Below are positions 62,818 to 64,000 of a stretch of 64,000 nt of DNA, one piece after another; the stretch's first letter is position 1, and the number at the start of each line of letters is the position of its first letter. The translations under genes and the position numbers were made by a program. The stretch spans positions 1,302,001-1,366,000 of the forward strand of contig JAUFOQ010000010.1 in NCBI GenBank assembly GCA_040285855.1, in the 5' to 3' direction. This DNA comes from Eukaryota sp. GEM-RC1 (lineage: Eukaryota). The notes under the pieces are model-generated. The model saw only the letters and a list, made by a program, of their open reading frames with translations, searched no databases and was not told the DNA's origin.

Positions 62818-64000
62818 CTAGAGATCAATGTTATAAGTGAACAATTGGCGTTGGACATCATCATTGACTGGTGAATTTTGATCCGCATGTGAACGAAAGT
62901 TGTGTAAAGAAGATAGAAAAGGATCGTCTTCACTTCTAGAGCTTTTAAGAACAGGATGATGCTGTTCCGTTGGAGATTGAAATCCGTTTGAAGATAGAAA
63001 AGGATCAACTTCACTCCTAGAGGATCTAAGCGTAGGATGATGCTGTTCCGTTGGAGATTGAAATCCGTTTGAAGATAGAAAAGGATCAACTTCACTCCTA
63101 GAGGATCTAAGCGTAGGATGATGCTGTTCCGTTGGAGATTGAAATCCGTTTGAAGATAGAAAAGGATCAACTTCACTCCTAGAGGATCTAAGCGTAGGAT
63201 GATGTGGTTCTGTTGGAGATTGAAATCCGTTCAAAGCAGCATGCGAATCGTTTACCTCGGCCACCTGGTTAAAGTCATGTGTTGATATTGGTAACAACAC
63301 TGCCCTTCCAGAGGATCTTCTCTTAAGGGAGTGACAAAAAGCGGCAATCTTCTTCCAGAGAAGGTTTCTCTGAACTGAATCAAACTGACTACGTTCGGTG
63401 TCAATTTTTATAAGCTCGCGGGACACCATTTGGGCAACAGCATTTCCGAAGACATTATCTTCGTCTTCACTTGGCGGTTCATCGACGGCAGAGAAGAAGC
63501 GTGTCAATTCTGCTGGGATCAATGTAATGTCCGCCTTACCCGACTCAATAAGCGAGGCCCAATTGCGCCAAATGGCAGGTGCTGCTGAGATCCCAGGATT
63601 TGCTTGTTGTAAGTCAGTAACAGGCATGTGTACAACTTCTCGCTGAAGCGATGAGCTTTGCCATACCTTGTAAGCTTCCTTATCAATATCAATAGGATTG
63701 ACCTTGATCTGGAAAGCCATACCTTCACCACTGTGAGAGGCTATCCATCCGGCAATTGTAGAGGTGACACCTAAGCGGTACATGCTCCCGGTGGCTTTGT
63801 ATTTAACTTCAAGTTCCCAATCGGGGTTAGAAGTTTTACCTTTGTTGTTAAGTTGGATTTGATAAAAGGCTTTACAGAGTTCTTGAAGTTCAGATTCCTC
63901 AAAGTTGTTGTCATCATAGAATAATGAAACTTCTTGTTGGAAAAAGGATCTGGAGCCCTTAAAGAGTTGTAATGACACTAGTACTTTTATAGATGATGCA
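62818..64000 (-). CDS. Hypothetical protein convergent with the transposase; frame open to the window edge; 27-aa repeats
   Basis: No stop from 64000 to 62821; NGFQSPTEQHHPTLRSSRSEVDPFLSS x4. Confidence 0.65.
   Translation of the reverse strand, partial: ASSIKVLVSLQLFKGSRSFFQQEVSLFYDDNNFEESELQELCKAFYQIQLNNKGKTSNPDWELEVKYKATGSMYRLGVTSTIAGWIASHSGEGMAFQIKVNPIDIDKEAYKVWQSSSLQREVVHMPVTDLQQANPGISAAPAIWRNWASLIESGKADITLIPAELTRFFSAVDEPPSEDEDNVFGNAVAQMVSRELIKIDTERSQFDSVQRNLLWKKIAAFCHSLKRRSSGRAVLLPISTHDFNQVAEVNDSHAALNGFQSPTEPHHPTLRSSRSEVDPFLSSNGFQSPTEQHHPTLRSSRSEVDPFLSSNGFQSPTEQHHPTLRSSRSEVDPFLSSNGFQSPTEQHHPVLKSSRSEDDPFLSSLHNFRSHADQNSPVNDDVQRQLFTYNIDL
62910..63231. repeat. 81-bp minisatellite, ~4 copies
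   Basis: Direct tandem units, central copies identical. Confidence 0.92.

Noticed and set aside
62910..63231. CRISPR-like array
   Set aside because: Contiguous tandem units without unique spacers; it is a coding minisatellite
62818..64000. Fanzor/TnpB beside the IS630-like transposase
   Set aside because: No RuvC motifs or CxxC zinc ribbon in the visible portion

Overview
AT-rich, apparently intron-poor eukaryotic (protist-like) DNA; the taxon cannot be fixed from the sequence. The window is dominated by an expanded family of RNI-type LRR genes: at least 6 loci plus remnants. They share an F-box-like core, have exchangeable N-termini (Cys-rich Zn finger, eIF4B/4H-type RRM, Ser-rich) and show in-frame module shuffling. 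Transposable elements are dense: RLE-type non-LTR fragments, a Ty3/gypsy element with 122-bp LTRs and a CTAC TSD, hAT, MULE, a pogo/Tc1-type TIR element with its 75-bp MITE, and an intact DD34E Tc1/IS630 transposase. There is also a probable NEK-like pseudokinase and a RING-Bbox-Bbox (TRIM-like) gene. Most frameshifts sit in homopolymers and are probably long-read errors. The most unusual signal is two dispersed ncRNA genes (5441-5555 and 30074-30201, minus strand). Both have a eukaryotic tRNA-Sec scaffold (9/4 acceptor/T stems, U6.U67 mismatch, 6-bp D stem, long variable arm) with pair-preserving substitutions, and both share an upstream motif at -56..-69. In both, the anticodon arm is replaced by a 49- or 62-nt branched domain of largely different sequence.
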